A stretch of DNA of 64,000 bases from Candidatus Latescibacterota bacterium (GTDB lineage Bacteria; Latescibacterota; UBA2968; UBA8231), in assembly GCA_965248265.1 (NCBI GenBank), contig CBDFJF010000002.1:448001-512000 (forward strand). Direction: 5' to 3'. Both the position numbers and the translations under genes were made by a program. Below are positions 50,185-59,976 of the stretch, piece after piece; the stretch's first letter is position 1; every line of letters starts with the position of its first letter. The notes beneath the pieces are model-generated. The model had not been told where the DNA came from. It searched no databases and saw nothing but the letters and a program-made list of their open reading frames with translations.

Positions 50185-50811
50185 GTGGAATACAAACAGC
50201 TGGGTAACACGGGACACAAGATCTCCGAGGTCGGACTGGGCACATCCAAGTACACTGGAGGACCGGAGCCTCTTCGAAAAGGGATTGAGCTGGGCGCCAG
50301 TCACATCGATACGGCCGAGGACTATGAGACAGAGGACCAGGTCGGTGAGGCCGTTGCCGGGATGCGCGACCGCGCTTTTATCGCAACGAAGGTGTTTCCC
50401 AATCACTTCCGTTACTCGGATGTGCTCGAAGCGGCTCAATCGGCGACATGCTATGAGATCGTCTCGAACCAGGTCCGCTACAGCCTTGGCGACCGCAGGA
50501 TAGAGGACGAACTTCTGCCATATTGCCAGGAAAACAATGTGACAGTGATCGCCTACAGTCCGTTGGCGGCCCTCTGGGGGTTCTCAAGCGCCAAGACCAG
50601 CCTACAAGACGAGGTCATCGACGCCATCGCCAAGGAGACCAACAAGACCAGGGCACAGGTTGCCCTCAACTGGTGCACCTCACGGGAGGGTGTCGTCGTG
50701 ATTCCAAAGTCGGATTCGGTCGAGCGTACCGTTGAGAATTGCGGGGCTTCGGGATGGCGACTTACCACGGACCAGCTGAATAGGCTCGACGAGGCTGACG
50801 TCAACGCATGA
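50185..50811 (+). pseudogene. Aldo/keto reductase with internal in-frame deletion
   Basis: GLGT, IDTAEDY, IATK, NQVRYSL, AYSPL, IPKS present, but the SL.RL..DY.DL...H...IGVSN core is absent (208 aa only). Confidence 0.7.
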
Positions 50812-51778
50812 GCAGTCCAGCCCCAGCCGAGAAGAGCTCAGGTGAGAGATTGAACACACGGATGGCGTTGTCGCGAACGACATTGCGGAATTCGTCCGGC
50901 GACAACGACACGGCCAGTGAATCGATCAGGGCCTCGTACTCTTCATAGTGCCGGGAGCCGAAGAACGCGGCATCGCTGCCGAATAGGACGCGCTCGCTAC
51001 CGAGCTCCTCGACAGCGGTCAGTACCTCGGCCGGGTCAGCCTGGGCGGTACCGAGGTAGAGATCAGCGTCCCCGTTTCTCAGCGACTCCGCGACGACATC
51101 GATGGTGCCCTGGTGAGGGCCGAAAAACCCCATGTGGTAGAGGACGATCGGCACGCCCGGGTGTCGTCGAGCGGCGGCGTAGATCCGCTCAGCCGAGGCG
51201 TTTCCAAAGGGATCGCTGTGGAAGACGGCGGCCAGACCGTGAGCGGCGCACAGCTCCAGGTACGGGTCGACCACCTCGGAATCGGCGGAAAACTGATTCA
51301 TCGACGGGTGAAACTTCAATCCTACGAAAACACTCTCGTAAGCCGGGTTGGTCAGGAAACGTTCGAACTCCTCGATCGGCAGGTTCTGATTCGGCCGGGT
51401 CCAAAGCAGCCCGCGAAACAGATGAGGGTACTTCAGGACCGAATCTGCAGTCGCCTGGTTGCTTTCGATTTCATCGAGGTTGGCTGTTGTGGGGGGCAGG
51501 TTGGCGCCGTCGATATTCGAGATGAATGCCATCTGCACGCCGTAGCGCTCGAGGTTGCTCAGCAGAGTAGGCATGCTGAGGTCGAAACCTCGGAAGGTGC
51601 CGATATGGGCGTGGATATCGATGATCAGATGCTCGCCCCACGCTCCTGGTCGCGGCTCGATGACGACGTCATCGGCGATTTCGTCAGGCGCCGAGTTCGA
51701 CGACGAATCCGAACAGCTGACGCCTATCACGAGCATGAGAACGAGCGTTGAAACTCGTGTAGACACGGCAGATCTCAT
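50801..51778 (-). CDS. Amidohydrolase_2 family lipoprotein
   Basis: Lipobox GVS-C; IDIHAH, GLKFHP, VFHS, LYHMG, LFGSD. Confidence 0.82.
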   Translation of the reverse strand: MRSAVSTRVSTLVLMLVIGVSCSDSSSNSAPDEIADDVVIEPRPGAWGEHLIIDIHAHIGTFRGFDLSMPTLLSNLERYGVQMAFISNIDGANLPPTTANLDEIESNQATADSVLKYPHLFRGLLWTRPNQNLPIEEFERFLTNPAYESVFVGLKFHPSMNQFSADSEVVDPYLELCAAHGLAAVFHSDPFGNASAERIYAAARRHPGVPIVLYHMGFFGPHQGTIDVVAESLRNGDADLYLGTAQADPAEVLTAVEELGSERVLFGSDAAFFGSRHYEEYEALIDSLAVSLSPDEFRNVVRDNAIRVFNLSPELFSAGAGLLMR

Positions 51779-52581
51779 CAGCTTGCCCACAGCTGGCTTC
51801 CCCCGTCGACGCGCAGGGCTTGCCCGGTCACGAAGGCCCCGAGAGGTCCTGCGAAGAATTCGACGACCCGCGCTACCTCATCGACCGTAGCGATCCTGTC
51901 CAGGGTACCCTCCGTGGCCAGGCGGTCCTCATCGACTTCACGCGTATTCATGTATCTTCCGGTGCGCGTGTCTCCGGGGACGAGGCTGTTGACGGTGATG
52001 TCATAAGGGCGCAGCTGGTCGGCAAGGCACCGCGTGTAGTGGGCGGCACCGGCTTTGGCCGTGGCGTAGATGCTCAGCTCGCCACGTCCCTCGAAGCCGG
52101 CAATGGAATTGATGGTGACGATGCGCCCCCGGCCGCGTGGCATCATGTGGCGCGCTACCTGTTGGCAGATGAAGATCGTGCTCAGCAGATTGCGGTCGAG
52201 GACCGCGCGCACGTCGGCTTCCTCGATCATCACGGCGTCATTTGGGTCGGGCTTGCCGCCCGCCGCGGCGATGTCACCACCGGCACTGTGCACGAGGATG
52301 TCGATGGGCCCGAGACGCTCTTCGATTGTAGCGACGACGCGCTCGACCTGGTCGTTCAGCGTTAGATCACCGAGCACGGGCTCGGTCCGGACATCAAACT
52401 GCTCGCCAATCTCACGGGCCGTGTCCGTCAGCGTCGTGCCCTCGCCGTACTCGGCAGGACCGTGTTCCCTCATGCCGTGCACGCCGATCGCACAACCCTG
52501 CGCGGCCAGGCGTTCGGCGAATGCCCGTCCCAAACCACGTCCGGCCCCGGTAACCAGCGCGACACTTCCGGCAAGCTGCAT
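51778..52581 (-). CDS. Short-chain dehydrogenase/reductase (SDR)
   Basis: VTGAGRGLG, NSIAG, YATAK, VTGQALRVDGG. ATG 52581 after AGGAGA. Confidence 0.9.
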   Translation of the reverse strand: MQLAGSVALVTGAGRGLGRAFAERLAAQGCAIGVHGMREHGPAEYGEGTTLTDTAREIGEQFDVRTEPVLGDLTLNDQVERVVATIEERLGPIDILVHSAGGDIAAAGGKPDPNDAVMIEEADVRAVLDRNLLSTIFICQQVARHMMPRGRGRIVTINSIAGFEGRGELSIYATAKAGAAHYTRCLADQLRPYDITVNSLVPGDTRTGRYMNTREVDEDRLATEGTLDRIATVDEVARVVEFFAGPLGAFVTGQALRVDGGSQLWAS

Positions 52582-52616
52582 GGAAATTCTCCTCGTGATA
52601 GGGTTCGACAAGAAGC

Positions 52617-53456
52617 TTACCGCTCAGGTTCATCCATCTCTTCCCTGGCCTTTCGCGCCAGCTCGGGCAGGTGACCGTCGTTGGCCATGCGTTGCTCCAG
52701 GTGTACCATCCGCTTCGGGCCGGCGGTCTTGATCATGATCTGGCCGTAGGCCTGCTCGAGCCAGTACCTCGCCAGCACGGCGATATTCGCCCGCAGAGAA
52801 TCCAGCTCGTCCTCTGCATGCCGCGGCTCGAGTATCACCGTGAACATCCGCCGCCGGGTTCCACCACCGAATGCAGCGTGTTTGATGCGGCGGTCGAAAC
52901 AGACGAGGTCGCCCGGCTTGGATTCCAGAGCCACTGCCGGCACTTCGCTGCCGTGGATGCCCAGGGTCTCCTCGATGTGTTGCTGGTCCATTCGGGGTAC
53001 CATGTCATCCAATGCCGTCGCATAGATGTCGCCGGTCTTGTGGCTGCCGGGAATCACCCTGAGGCAGCCGGTGGCCTCGGTGACCTCGTCAAGGTAGAAG
53101 GCAGCCTTGATCGTAGGCTTGGGAAAGACGGCGTCTGAATGCCAGGCGGTGTCGCTGACATGGAGATTGCCATCGCTTGATTTGTAGTTGTAATCGCTGC
53201 CGAGCACAGCGCTGGCGAAGCCATCGATGCGAGGGTCATCGAGCAGCGCGCTCAGATACTCGTTACGGTCGATGAATTGAAGCAGGGCGGATCTGCGGCT
53301 GTGGTCATGGGCCTGACCATGGTGCCCACCCCCGTGGTCCGTCCAGACCTCTTCGAAGGCTTCGGTTATACGGCCGATGTCGTCGGCGAACAGGCCGGGA
53401 AAGCACAGGAAGCCGAAGGTGTTGAAGAATCGGACCTGCTGTTGTGTCGGTCTCAT
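52617..53456 (-). CDS. PhyH family dioxygenase
   Basis: FFNTFGFL, WHSD, LRVIPGSH, IKHAAFGG..RR. Confidence 0.85.
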   Translation of the reverse strand: MRPTQQQVRFFNTFGFLCFPGLFADDIGRITEAFEEVWTDHGGGHHGQAHDHSRRSALLQFIDRNEYLSALLDDPRIDGFASAVLGSDYNYKSSDGNLHVSDTAWHSDAVFPKPTIKAAFYLDEVTEATGCLRVIPGSHKTGDIYATALDDMVPRMDQQHIEETLGIHGSEVPAVALESKPGDLVCFDRRIKHAAFGGGTRRRMFTVILEPRHAEDELDSLRANIAVLARYWLEQAYGQIMIKTAGPKRMVHLEQRMANDGHLPELARKAREEMDEPER

Positions 53457-53578
53457 GTGCGGCTCCGTTCTTGGGACGGGGTGCCTGCGACAGGGTCGTG
53501 GATCCACCAGGTGATCTACTGATTCAACTCCAGATCGGTCTCCTGTCCTTCATCGACTCCGCACGTCGTCGACATTGA

Positions 53579-54757
53579 TCATGTGCGCCTTTCGTGACCG
53601 ATACGCTTGTAATCACCGGCCGTTTCCCAGTCCGGCCAGCTCAAGCCGTTGCGGTCCCAGACGATATTGCCGGCGCGCACCGTGAGGGCGCACTGCAGAC
53701 GCTGGTCGCCCTGCATGCGCGCGTGCCCGGTGTCGACAAAGCCGAAGGTGCCGCGCAACAGTTCGAAAACGGCGATGTCGGCTTCGGCGCCGACACTAAG
53801 AGTGCCGAGTTCAGGCCGGCGGATTTCGTGTGACGGAGTGACGGTCGAGCGCCGCACCACATCCTGCAATGACATGCCCATGTTCAGGCACTTGGACATG
53901 GTCTCAGGCATGTGGGCGTTCGGGAGCAGTGAGCTGGACCGATGGAGGTCGGTGCTGATCGAATCCGGTACGAATCCCTGCTCGATGGCCGGCACCGCAA
54001 TGCGGAACCAGAAGCTGCCGGCACCATGACCGAGGTCGAAGACGATACCGCGCCGACGGGCTTCGATCACGTAATCATTGATCTTGCGCTCAGCGTCGAG
54101 CAGGGGAATGTGTTGGGCGTACATGTGGGTGTGGATGTCGCCGGGGCTCAGTTTATCGAGCATGTCGCGGTAGCTGCGCTTGGGTGTCGGAGCGAAGTCG
54201 ATCATGGCGATGGTGCCGCTGGTACGGGCGGCCTGCACGGCGCCGTCGACGGCTTCCCAACCGTGGCTGCCGAAGTGCGCGGTCTTGGAACCGACGATCT
54301 GTTCGGGATAACGGCTGATCATCTGAGCACACGGACCGGGGTCCATCTCTGAAACATCCTGCTCCACCGCTCCCTCCATGCCGGCACCGACGATGTTGAT
54401 GAAGGCCAGTACCCGAGTTGCAGACTTGGCCATCACCGTTTCCCTGAACTCCTCGAACTTTTTCCATCCGGCGCCGCCGGTGTCGACGACGGTGGTGACG
54501 CCGTTTCGCAATACCTGGGCATCCATGACCAGCCAACCCTCGTAGCCCCCGAAGGCATGAACATGGATGTCGACGAGTCCCGGGGTGACGATGAGGCCCT
54601 CGAGTGGGACCACGGTCAGTCCCTGGTCACTGGGGATGTCTGCGGCAATGACCGCCACGCGGTCGCCGCTGACCGCCACGTCCATCGGGCCGTCGATGTC
54701 GTTGGCCGGGTCGATGACGTGGCCGCCTTTGAGAATGAGATCGTAGATTGCTGTCAT
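53579..54757 (-). CDS. Amidohydrolase/deacetylase (dihydroorotase-like) metallohydrolase
   Basis: LKGGHVIDPAN, PGLVDIHVH, GVTTVVDTG, GDIHTH, DLGHGAGSF, ISTDLH. Confidence 0.88.
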   Translation of the reverse strand: MTAIYDLILKGGHVIDPANDIDGPMDVAVSGDRVAVIAADIPSDQGLTVVPLEGLIVTPGLVDIHVHAFGGYEGWLVMDAQVLRNGVTTVVDTGGAGWKKFEEFRETVMAKSATRVLAFINIVGAGMEGAVEQDVSEMDPGPCAQMISRYPEQIVGSKTAHFGSHGWEAVDGAVQAARTSGTIAMIDFAPTPKRSYRDMLDKLSPGDIHTHMYAQHIPLLDAERKINDYVIEARRRGIVFDLGHGAGSFWFRIAVPAIEQGFVPDSISTDLHRSSSLLPNAHMPETMSKCLNMGMSLQDVVRRSTVTPSHEIRRPELGTLSVGAEADIAVFELLRGTFGFVDTGHARMQGDQRLQCALTVRAGNIVWDRNGLSWPDWETAGDYKRIGHERRT

Positions 54758-54853
54758 GGGAAACGAAGACCGTTGATGGTATCTTGTTATCTGCGTGCAA
54801 TATCTGTAAGTATAGAGCATCTGGACGGAGCAACCGCAACTCGAGGTACCGCC

Positions 54854-55789
54854 ATGGCAAAGGATCAGAAAGCCCTATCTCAGACACTCAAGAAGATCCC
54901 CATCTTCAGCGGTCTATCTCCGTCGCAGATTCAGAGTATCCTGGACATTTGCACTTCGGTGGAATGTCAGCCTCACGAGATCATTTATGCGGCTAATTCT
55001 CCCAGCGACCGGATGCACATCCTGATCACGGGTGAACTCAGCGTGGTCAACGACGAAGGCATCAGGTTGGCGCGCCTCTACCCCATCACCACCGTCGGCG
55101 AGATGGGACTGGTCACCCGGCAGATGCGCACTGCATGCGTTGAAGTCGCGAAACCCAGTCGTTTGCTGGTGATCCAGCGGGTCAACTTCGACGCCCTGTT
55201 ACGCTACGATCGCGATCTGCAGACCCAGTTCTATCAAAACGTCATCGGCATTCTGTCCGGCAAGATTACTGGCGACAACGTACGAGTTCGCGATCACTTG
55301 ATGGAGAAAGTAGATCACCAGAGACGGCTGCGTTGGGAGCGTCGTCGGGCAGAAACGGCTCTGCAGATTCTGAAGGAACAGACTTCGATGTCAGCAGACG
55401 AGGCCATGTCCCTGGTCGATGAACGCATGATTCCGGACCGCATGCGCGTGCTCATCGTCGACGACGAACCCTCCGTGTGCGAGTTCGTCAAGGCAGGTCT
55501 GACGGATTACGACACCGAAGAGGCCAATGATGGCACCGAGGCGATGAAGGTGGTGGAGGCCAATCCGCCTGACCTCGTTATCACCGACATTCGCATGCCC
55601 CACATGGATGGCACCGCCTTGCTCAAGGCCATCCGCAACGTCGCCCCCAACGTGCCCATCATCGCTCTTTCCGGCTACGTCGAGCCCGAGGATGTGGCCG
55701 AGTTCGGGTTCGACGGTTTCGTGAAGAAGCCTTTCAAACTGGACGAATTCCGTTCCATCGTCGACCAAACCGTGCCCACGCCAATTTAG
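54854..55789 (+). CDS. Cyclic-nucleotide-binding domain plus response-regulator receiver protein
   Basis: IPIFSGL...VGEMGL...RTA (cNMP); LIVDDE, ITDIRMP.MDG, LSG, KKPF (REC). Confidence 0.85.
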   Translation: MAKDQKALSQTLKKIPIFSGLSPSQIQSILDICTSVECQPHEIIYAANSPSDRMHILITGELSVVNDEGIRLARLYPITTVGEMGLVTRQMRTACVEVAKPSRLLVIQRVNFDALLRYDRDLQTQFYQNVIGILSGKITGDNVRVRDHLMEKVDHQRRLRWERRRAETALQILKEQTSMSADEAMSLVDERMIPDRMRVLIVDDEPSVCEFVKAGLTDYDTEEANDGTEAMKVVEANPPDLVITDIRMPHMDGTALLKAIRNVAPNVPIIALSGYVEPEDVAEFGFDGFVKKPFKLDEFRSIVDQTVPTPI

Positions 55790-55810
55790 CACAAAGCCGA
55801 GGAATCCCGA

Positions 55811-57439
55811 TTGATCGCCAGGACCCCGGAGACCCTGACATTCGACAATCGCTTTGCGCGGGACCTACCGGCAGACAAGGAAACGGCGAATCATCGCCGT
55901 CAGGTCACCGGGGCATGCTATTCGCGCGTTCTGCCACAGAAAGTCCCACGCCCACAACTGGTGGCCTACGCGTCGGAAGTTTGTGCTGAGTTGGGGCTCG
56001 AAGAGAGCATCTGCAATACCGACGATTTCGCGCAGGTCTTCGTCGGCAACCGGATCCTGGATGGAATGGACCCGTATGCCACCTGCTACGGCGGACACCA
56101 GTTCGGCAACTGGGCGGGGCAGTTGGGGGACGGGCGCGCCATAAACCTCGGTGAGACCGTCAACGACAATGGACAACGATGGGCGCTGCAACTCAAGGGC
56201 GCCGGACCGACGCCGTACTCGCGCACGGCGGACGGCCTGGCCGTATTGCGCTCTTCGGTGCGGGAGTTTTTGTGTAGTGAGGCCATGTACCATCTCGAGG
56301 TGCCGACGACGAGAGCGCTGAGCCTGGTGTTGACCGGCGATGAAGTCATCCGCGACATGCTCTACGACGGTCACCCCAAGGCCGAGCCGGGCGCCGTCGT
56401 TTGCCGCGTGGCTCCGTCCTTCACGCGTTTCGGTCACTTCGAAATATTCGCCGCACGCCGCGAGACGGAGGTGCTGCGGCAGTTGATGGACTACACGGTC
56501 CGCGTCGACTTTCCGCATTTGCTGAGCAACAGGTCCAAGCCATCATCCGAGACCTACGCCCAGCTGTTCGACGAGGTATGCCGGACGACGGCTGAGATGA
56601 TCGTTCACTGGATGCGAGTCGGTTTCGTGCACGGCGTGATGAACACGGACAACATGTCCATCCTGGGCCTGACCATCGACTACGGACCCTACGGGTGGTT
56701 GGAGGATTACGATCCCGATTGGACACCGAACACGACGGATGCCGGCGGCCGGCGTTACCGATTCGGGTATCAATCACGTATAGCTCACTGGAACCTGTTG
56801 CAACTGGCCAACGCCCTGGTACCCCTGTTCGAGGATGTGGCGCCGCTGCAACTCGCGCTGGAGGGATACGCTTCCCACTACGATCAGCGCTGGAACGAGA
56901 TGATGGCGCAGAAATTGGGTCTGCGCGAATTCGATCCGGCGACGGACACGGAGTTGATCACCGATCTGCAGGAGGTGCTTGGCCTGGTTGAAACCGATAT
57001 GACCATCTTTTTCAGGAAGCTGGCGACAATCGAAACGACATCCGATGCGATGGAAGCAGGCATATCGGATGCGGATGGGGCTCTCATCGAGCCGCTCATC
57101 GAGGCCTACTACAAGCCTCAAGAGTTGGACGAGGAGACCCAAAGGCGGACCGCTGCATGGCTGAGGAGCTACGGCGAGCGGGTGCAGCGAGATGGAACGG
57201 CAGATGAAGAGCGGCGCCGGGGAATGAACGCGGTAAACCCGAAGTACGTGTTGCGCAACTATCTGGCCCAGTTGGCCATCGACAAGGCAGAAGAGGGAGA
57301 TTTTTCGATGGTCAACGAATTACTAGAATTGCTGCGTCATCCATACGACGAACAGCCAGGGCGGGAGCACCTCGCCGAGAAGCGTCCCGAATGGGCCCGC
57401 CACCGGGTGGGCTGCTCGATGCTGTCGTGCAGCTCTTGA
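55811..57439 (+). CDS. selO: Protein adenylyltransferase SelO (YdiU)
   Basis: YGGHQFG.WAGQLGDGRA, QLKGAG.TPYSR.ADG, HGVMNTDN, IDYGPYG, C-terminal CSMLSCSS. Confidence 0.93.
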   Translation: MIARTPETLTFDNRFARDLPADKETANHRRQVTGACYSRVLPQKVPRPQLVAYASEVCAELGLEESICNTDDFAQVFVGNRILDGMDPYATCYGGHQFGNWAGQLGDGRAINLGETVNDNGQRWALQLKGAGPTPYSRTADGLAVLRSSVREFLCSEAMYHLEVPTTRALSLVLTGDEVIRDMLYDGHPKAEPGAVVCRVAPSFTRFGHFEIFAARRETEVLRQLMDYTVRVDFPHLLSNRSKPSSETYAQLFDEVCRTTAEMIVHWMRVGFVHGVMNTDNMSILGLTIDYGPYGWLEDYDPDWTPNTTDAGGRRYRFGYQSRIAHWNLLQLANALVPLFEDVAPLQLALEGYASHYDQRWNEMMAQKLGLREFDPATDTELITDLQEVLGLVETDMTIFFRKLATIETTSDAMEAGISDADGALIEPLIEAYYKPQELDEETQRRTAAWLRSYGERVQRDGTADEERRRGMNAVNPKYVLRNYLAQLAIDKAEEGDFSMVNELLELLRHPYDEQPGREHLAEKRPEWARHRVGCSMLSCSS

Positions 57440-57448
57440 GAACGTGGG

Positions 57449-58756
57449 TCAAAGAGTGATCCTGCGGCTCTCCAGGTAGTAGCGCTTCTCTTCGGCAGCG
57501 CCAATCGAAAAGCTCTTCCTCGGCAGGGGCCCATTGGTGCGGATGGTGCTGAAGAGGGAGTGCTTGTCTATGGCCTTTGTGTAGAAACCGACATTCCCTG
57601 GCCGGCCGCCGAGTTCGTCGACGGCGTCACTTCCGTGAATGTAGTCGACACGATGACGCTGGCTCTGCTCGCCCTCGCCGAGAAAACCCTGCAGAGCCGC
57701 CACGGCCAACTGCTGGCGCGGGCGGTGGATGGTGGCAATGCCGCCTCGAGTGCCGGCAACGAAGGGCAGGTGGTGGCAGCCGTCATCCGCCCCAGCCAGG
57801 GCGTGTTCCCATTTCTGCCTGTCTGCAAAATCTCTCACTTGCAGATCCGAGCCCTGCTTTGCACAATAGCCGGCGAACGATTCCATGAGCTGATCGGGGT
57901 CGGCGTCGAAGACGACGCGGTGAATGGGCTCGAAGGTGAGTCCGATGTCGTGGATGTTCACCAGTTCGACCAGTACATGACGAGCGGGGTGCTTGGCCGG
58001 AGCAGATCCTGCCCGCTCTTTCACCTCGTCCCAGACTCGTTGGGCCGCGGCAAAAGAATGATTGCCGTCGCCCATGAGATATAACATTCGGGGCGTGGTT
58101 TTGAGTCGTGACAGACTGGCCACGACTTGTTGAACGGCACCAGGTTCGGCGACGTGCCACCCCCGCAAGTGACCTCCGTCCAACATCATGTCGAAGTCAT
58201 ACAGCAGCGGCAGGCGGTCAGTTTTGTCGAACAAAGGCTCGATGACCGTATGCCCGGGGTCGTCGATTAGGACCATGATGTGCGGCAGTTCGAGCGTTGC
58301 GTCGCGCCGGATCTCTACACGGGGCGGCAGGCGGTCCGGATCCGTACCCTCAGTCGGGCGGATGAGGCTGTCGGCGTCCATCCCAAAGCTGTAGTGTTCC
58401 AAATCAAGGCAAATCAGCAATCCCTTGCGAGATTCTGTGTGCCGAGTCTGCCTGTCGACGAGGACGAATCCGGGAGCTTGTTCCACGAGTAGACCCTCAT
58501 CCAGATAGCTGCGCATTCGCCCATTGATGGCCGCGATGCGATCGCTCGCGCCGGCCTCTTCGAGGTATACCTCTGGGAAGATCAGGTTTAGCGTTGAAGG
58601 CGCATCCCCCACGAGCTCCTCTACCTGATGCCAGTACTCTGGTTCCGAGGTGTGCTGGTCGCAGGCGATGACGGCCCAGTGTTCGGGCGCAATTCCAGGC
58701 GCCGGGAGCAAGACACGGGGCACCTGGAGCGCGATGTCGGGGTAGGTCAGTTGCAT
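57449..58756 (-). CDS. DUF1015 family protein
   Basis: WAVIACDQ.TS, PSTLNLIFPEVYL, IRPTEGT...RLPPR, MGDGNHS, LPRKSFSIG.AEEKRYYLE. Confidence 0.85.
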   Translation of the reverse strand: MQLTYPDIALQVPRVLLPAPGIAPEHWAVIACDQHTSEPEYWHQVEELVGDAPSTLNLIFPEVYLEEAGASDRIAAINGRMRSYLDEGLLVEQAPGFVLVDRQTRHTESRKGLLICLDLEHYSFGMDADSLIRPTEGTDPDRLPPRVEIRRDATLELPHIMVLIDDPGHTVIEPLFDKTDRLPLLYDFDMMLDGGHLRGWHVAEPGAVQQVVASLSRLKTTPRMLYLMGDGNHSFAAAQRVWDEVKERAGSAPAKHPARHVLVELVNIHDIGLTFEPIHRVVFDADPDQLMESFAGYCAKQGSDLQVRDFADRQKWEHALAGADDGCHHLPFVAGTRGGIATIHRPRQQLAVAALQGFLGEGEQSQRHRVDYIHGSDAVDELGGRPGNVGFYTKAIDKHSLFSTIRTNGPLPRKSFSIGAAEEKRYYLESRRITL

Positions 58757-58873
58757 GGATTTCGCTGTTGAAACGGGTACTGGCTCGATAACGGTTCGAG
58801 AGTGTCCTAACATAAGGGCTCTCCCGGGGTGCGTAAGGGCATGCCGACAATGGCAACAACAGGGAGTTGGTGA

Positions 58874-59965
58874 ATGAAGTTTCCGTCGAGGTATTTCGTC
58901 GTTGTCATCGGGCTGGCACTGGCTGATCCCTGCCTGGGGGACGACAGCATCAAGTTCAAGGCGCGAATCCAGCCACGGGCAGACTTCGGTGATTTCGCGT
59001 CCAGGGACGGAACGGACTACCGATTCCAACACGATCTATATCTTCGCCGCAGTCGTCTCGAGGTCAGCGGCCGGCCAGTGGACGGTGTCAACTATGTGCT
59101 GGCAGTCTCCGGTGATCGCTGGGGCCAGCGGGGTAGATCCGTCGGCGGCGATCTGACCTACGCCTTCGTCAACTACCATTTCGCTGCTCATGTCGCTGTG
59201 CAGGTGGGGCTGGCGAAGCTACCGTTCGTACGCAGTGCCCGCGTGTCCAGTTCACGCATCCTGTTCATCGAGCGCACCAAGACGGCGAACACGGCCGCTT
59301 CAGCACTCGGTCCCTACATCACCACGCACCTGGCCGTCCGCGGCAGACTCCAAGACAGCACCATCGGTTACGGTGTGGCCGTCATGGACGGTTTCCAACA
59401 GGGGGATTCAGATTCGTTCACCGGGTCCACCGTGTCGGAGAGTAACCAACCCGGATTCGTCGCCCGCTTTGAAATCTCACCGCCGGGTTGGTTCGAGGGG
59501 CGTCCGAGCGATTCCCACCTCGGTACAGGTCGCCATCTGACCCTGGGCTTGAACGGTGGTTGGCAGAATAACGTCGAGTTTGGCACGACGCAGGAAGATC
59601 GGAGAGTGGTCGGAGGTGACATCTCATTCCACCAGGGGGCGCTCTCCCTCCAGTCGGAGCACCTGCGGATTGACAGGAGTGGTCCCGTCGATTCCGCGCC
59701 GGCCGGATGGCACGTGCAGCTCGGTTACTACCTGGCGAGCACGCGTATCGAACCAGCCGTCCGCTTCGAGCGTTATGATGCCGATCTGACAGGTGGAAAC
59801 GACATTACCACGAATTACACCGGGGGATTGAACTGGTACCGGCATGGGCATGATCTCAAATTTATGGCCAATGTCTTGCACAGCAGGTTTGATCGCGGGG
59901 TGCGCGAGGTCGGAGGTGCCGGCTCACGCACGCTGGTGCAGCTGCAGAACCAGATGTACTTCTGA
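58874..59965 (+). CDS. Outer-membrane porin, phosphate-selective O/P-like family
   Basis: Signal peptide; LYLRRSRL; GLAKLPF; IEPAVRFE; GLNWY; C-terminal Phe (QMYF). Confidence 0.75.
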   Translation: MKFPSRYFVVVIGLALADPCLGDDSIKFKARIQPRADFGDFASRDGTDYRFQHDLYLRRSRLEVSGRPVDGVNYVLAVSGDRWGQRGRSVGGDLTYAFVNYHFAAHVAVQVGLAKLPFVRSARVSSSRILFIERTKTANTAASALGPYITTHLAVRGRLQDSTIGYGVAVMDGFQQGDSDSFTGSTVSESNQPGFVARFEISPPGWFEGRPSDSHLGTGRHLTLGLNGGWQNNVEFGTTQEDRRVVGGDISFHQGALSLQSEHLRIDRSGPVDSAPAGWHVQLGYYLASTRIEPAVRFERYDADLTGGNDITTNYTGGLNWYRHGHDLKFMANVLHSRFDRGVREVGGAGSRTLVQLQNQMYF

Positions 59966-59976
59966 TTACGTTTTTT

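Noticed and set aside
57410-57439. Selenocysteine recoding at the end of selO
   Set aside because: The position equivalent to Sec is TGC (Cys, ...SCSS). The TGA follows the terminal Ser-Ser and is a normal stop.
58757-58873. Riboswitch or Pho box upstream of the porin
   Set aside because: Only an imperfect GAGAG...CTCTC pairing; no recognisable consensus.
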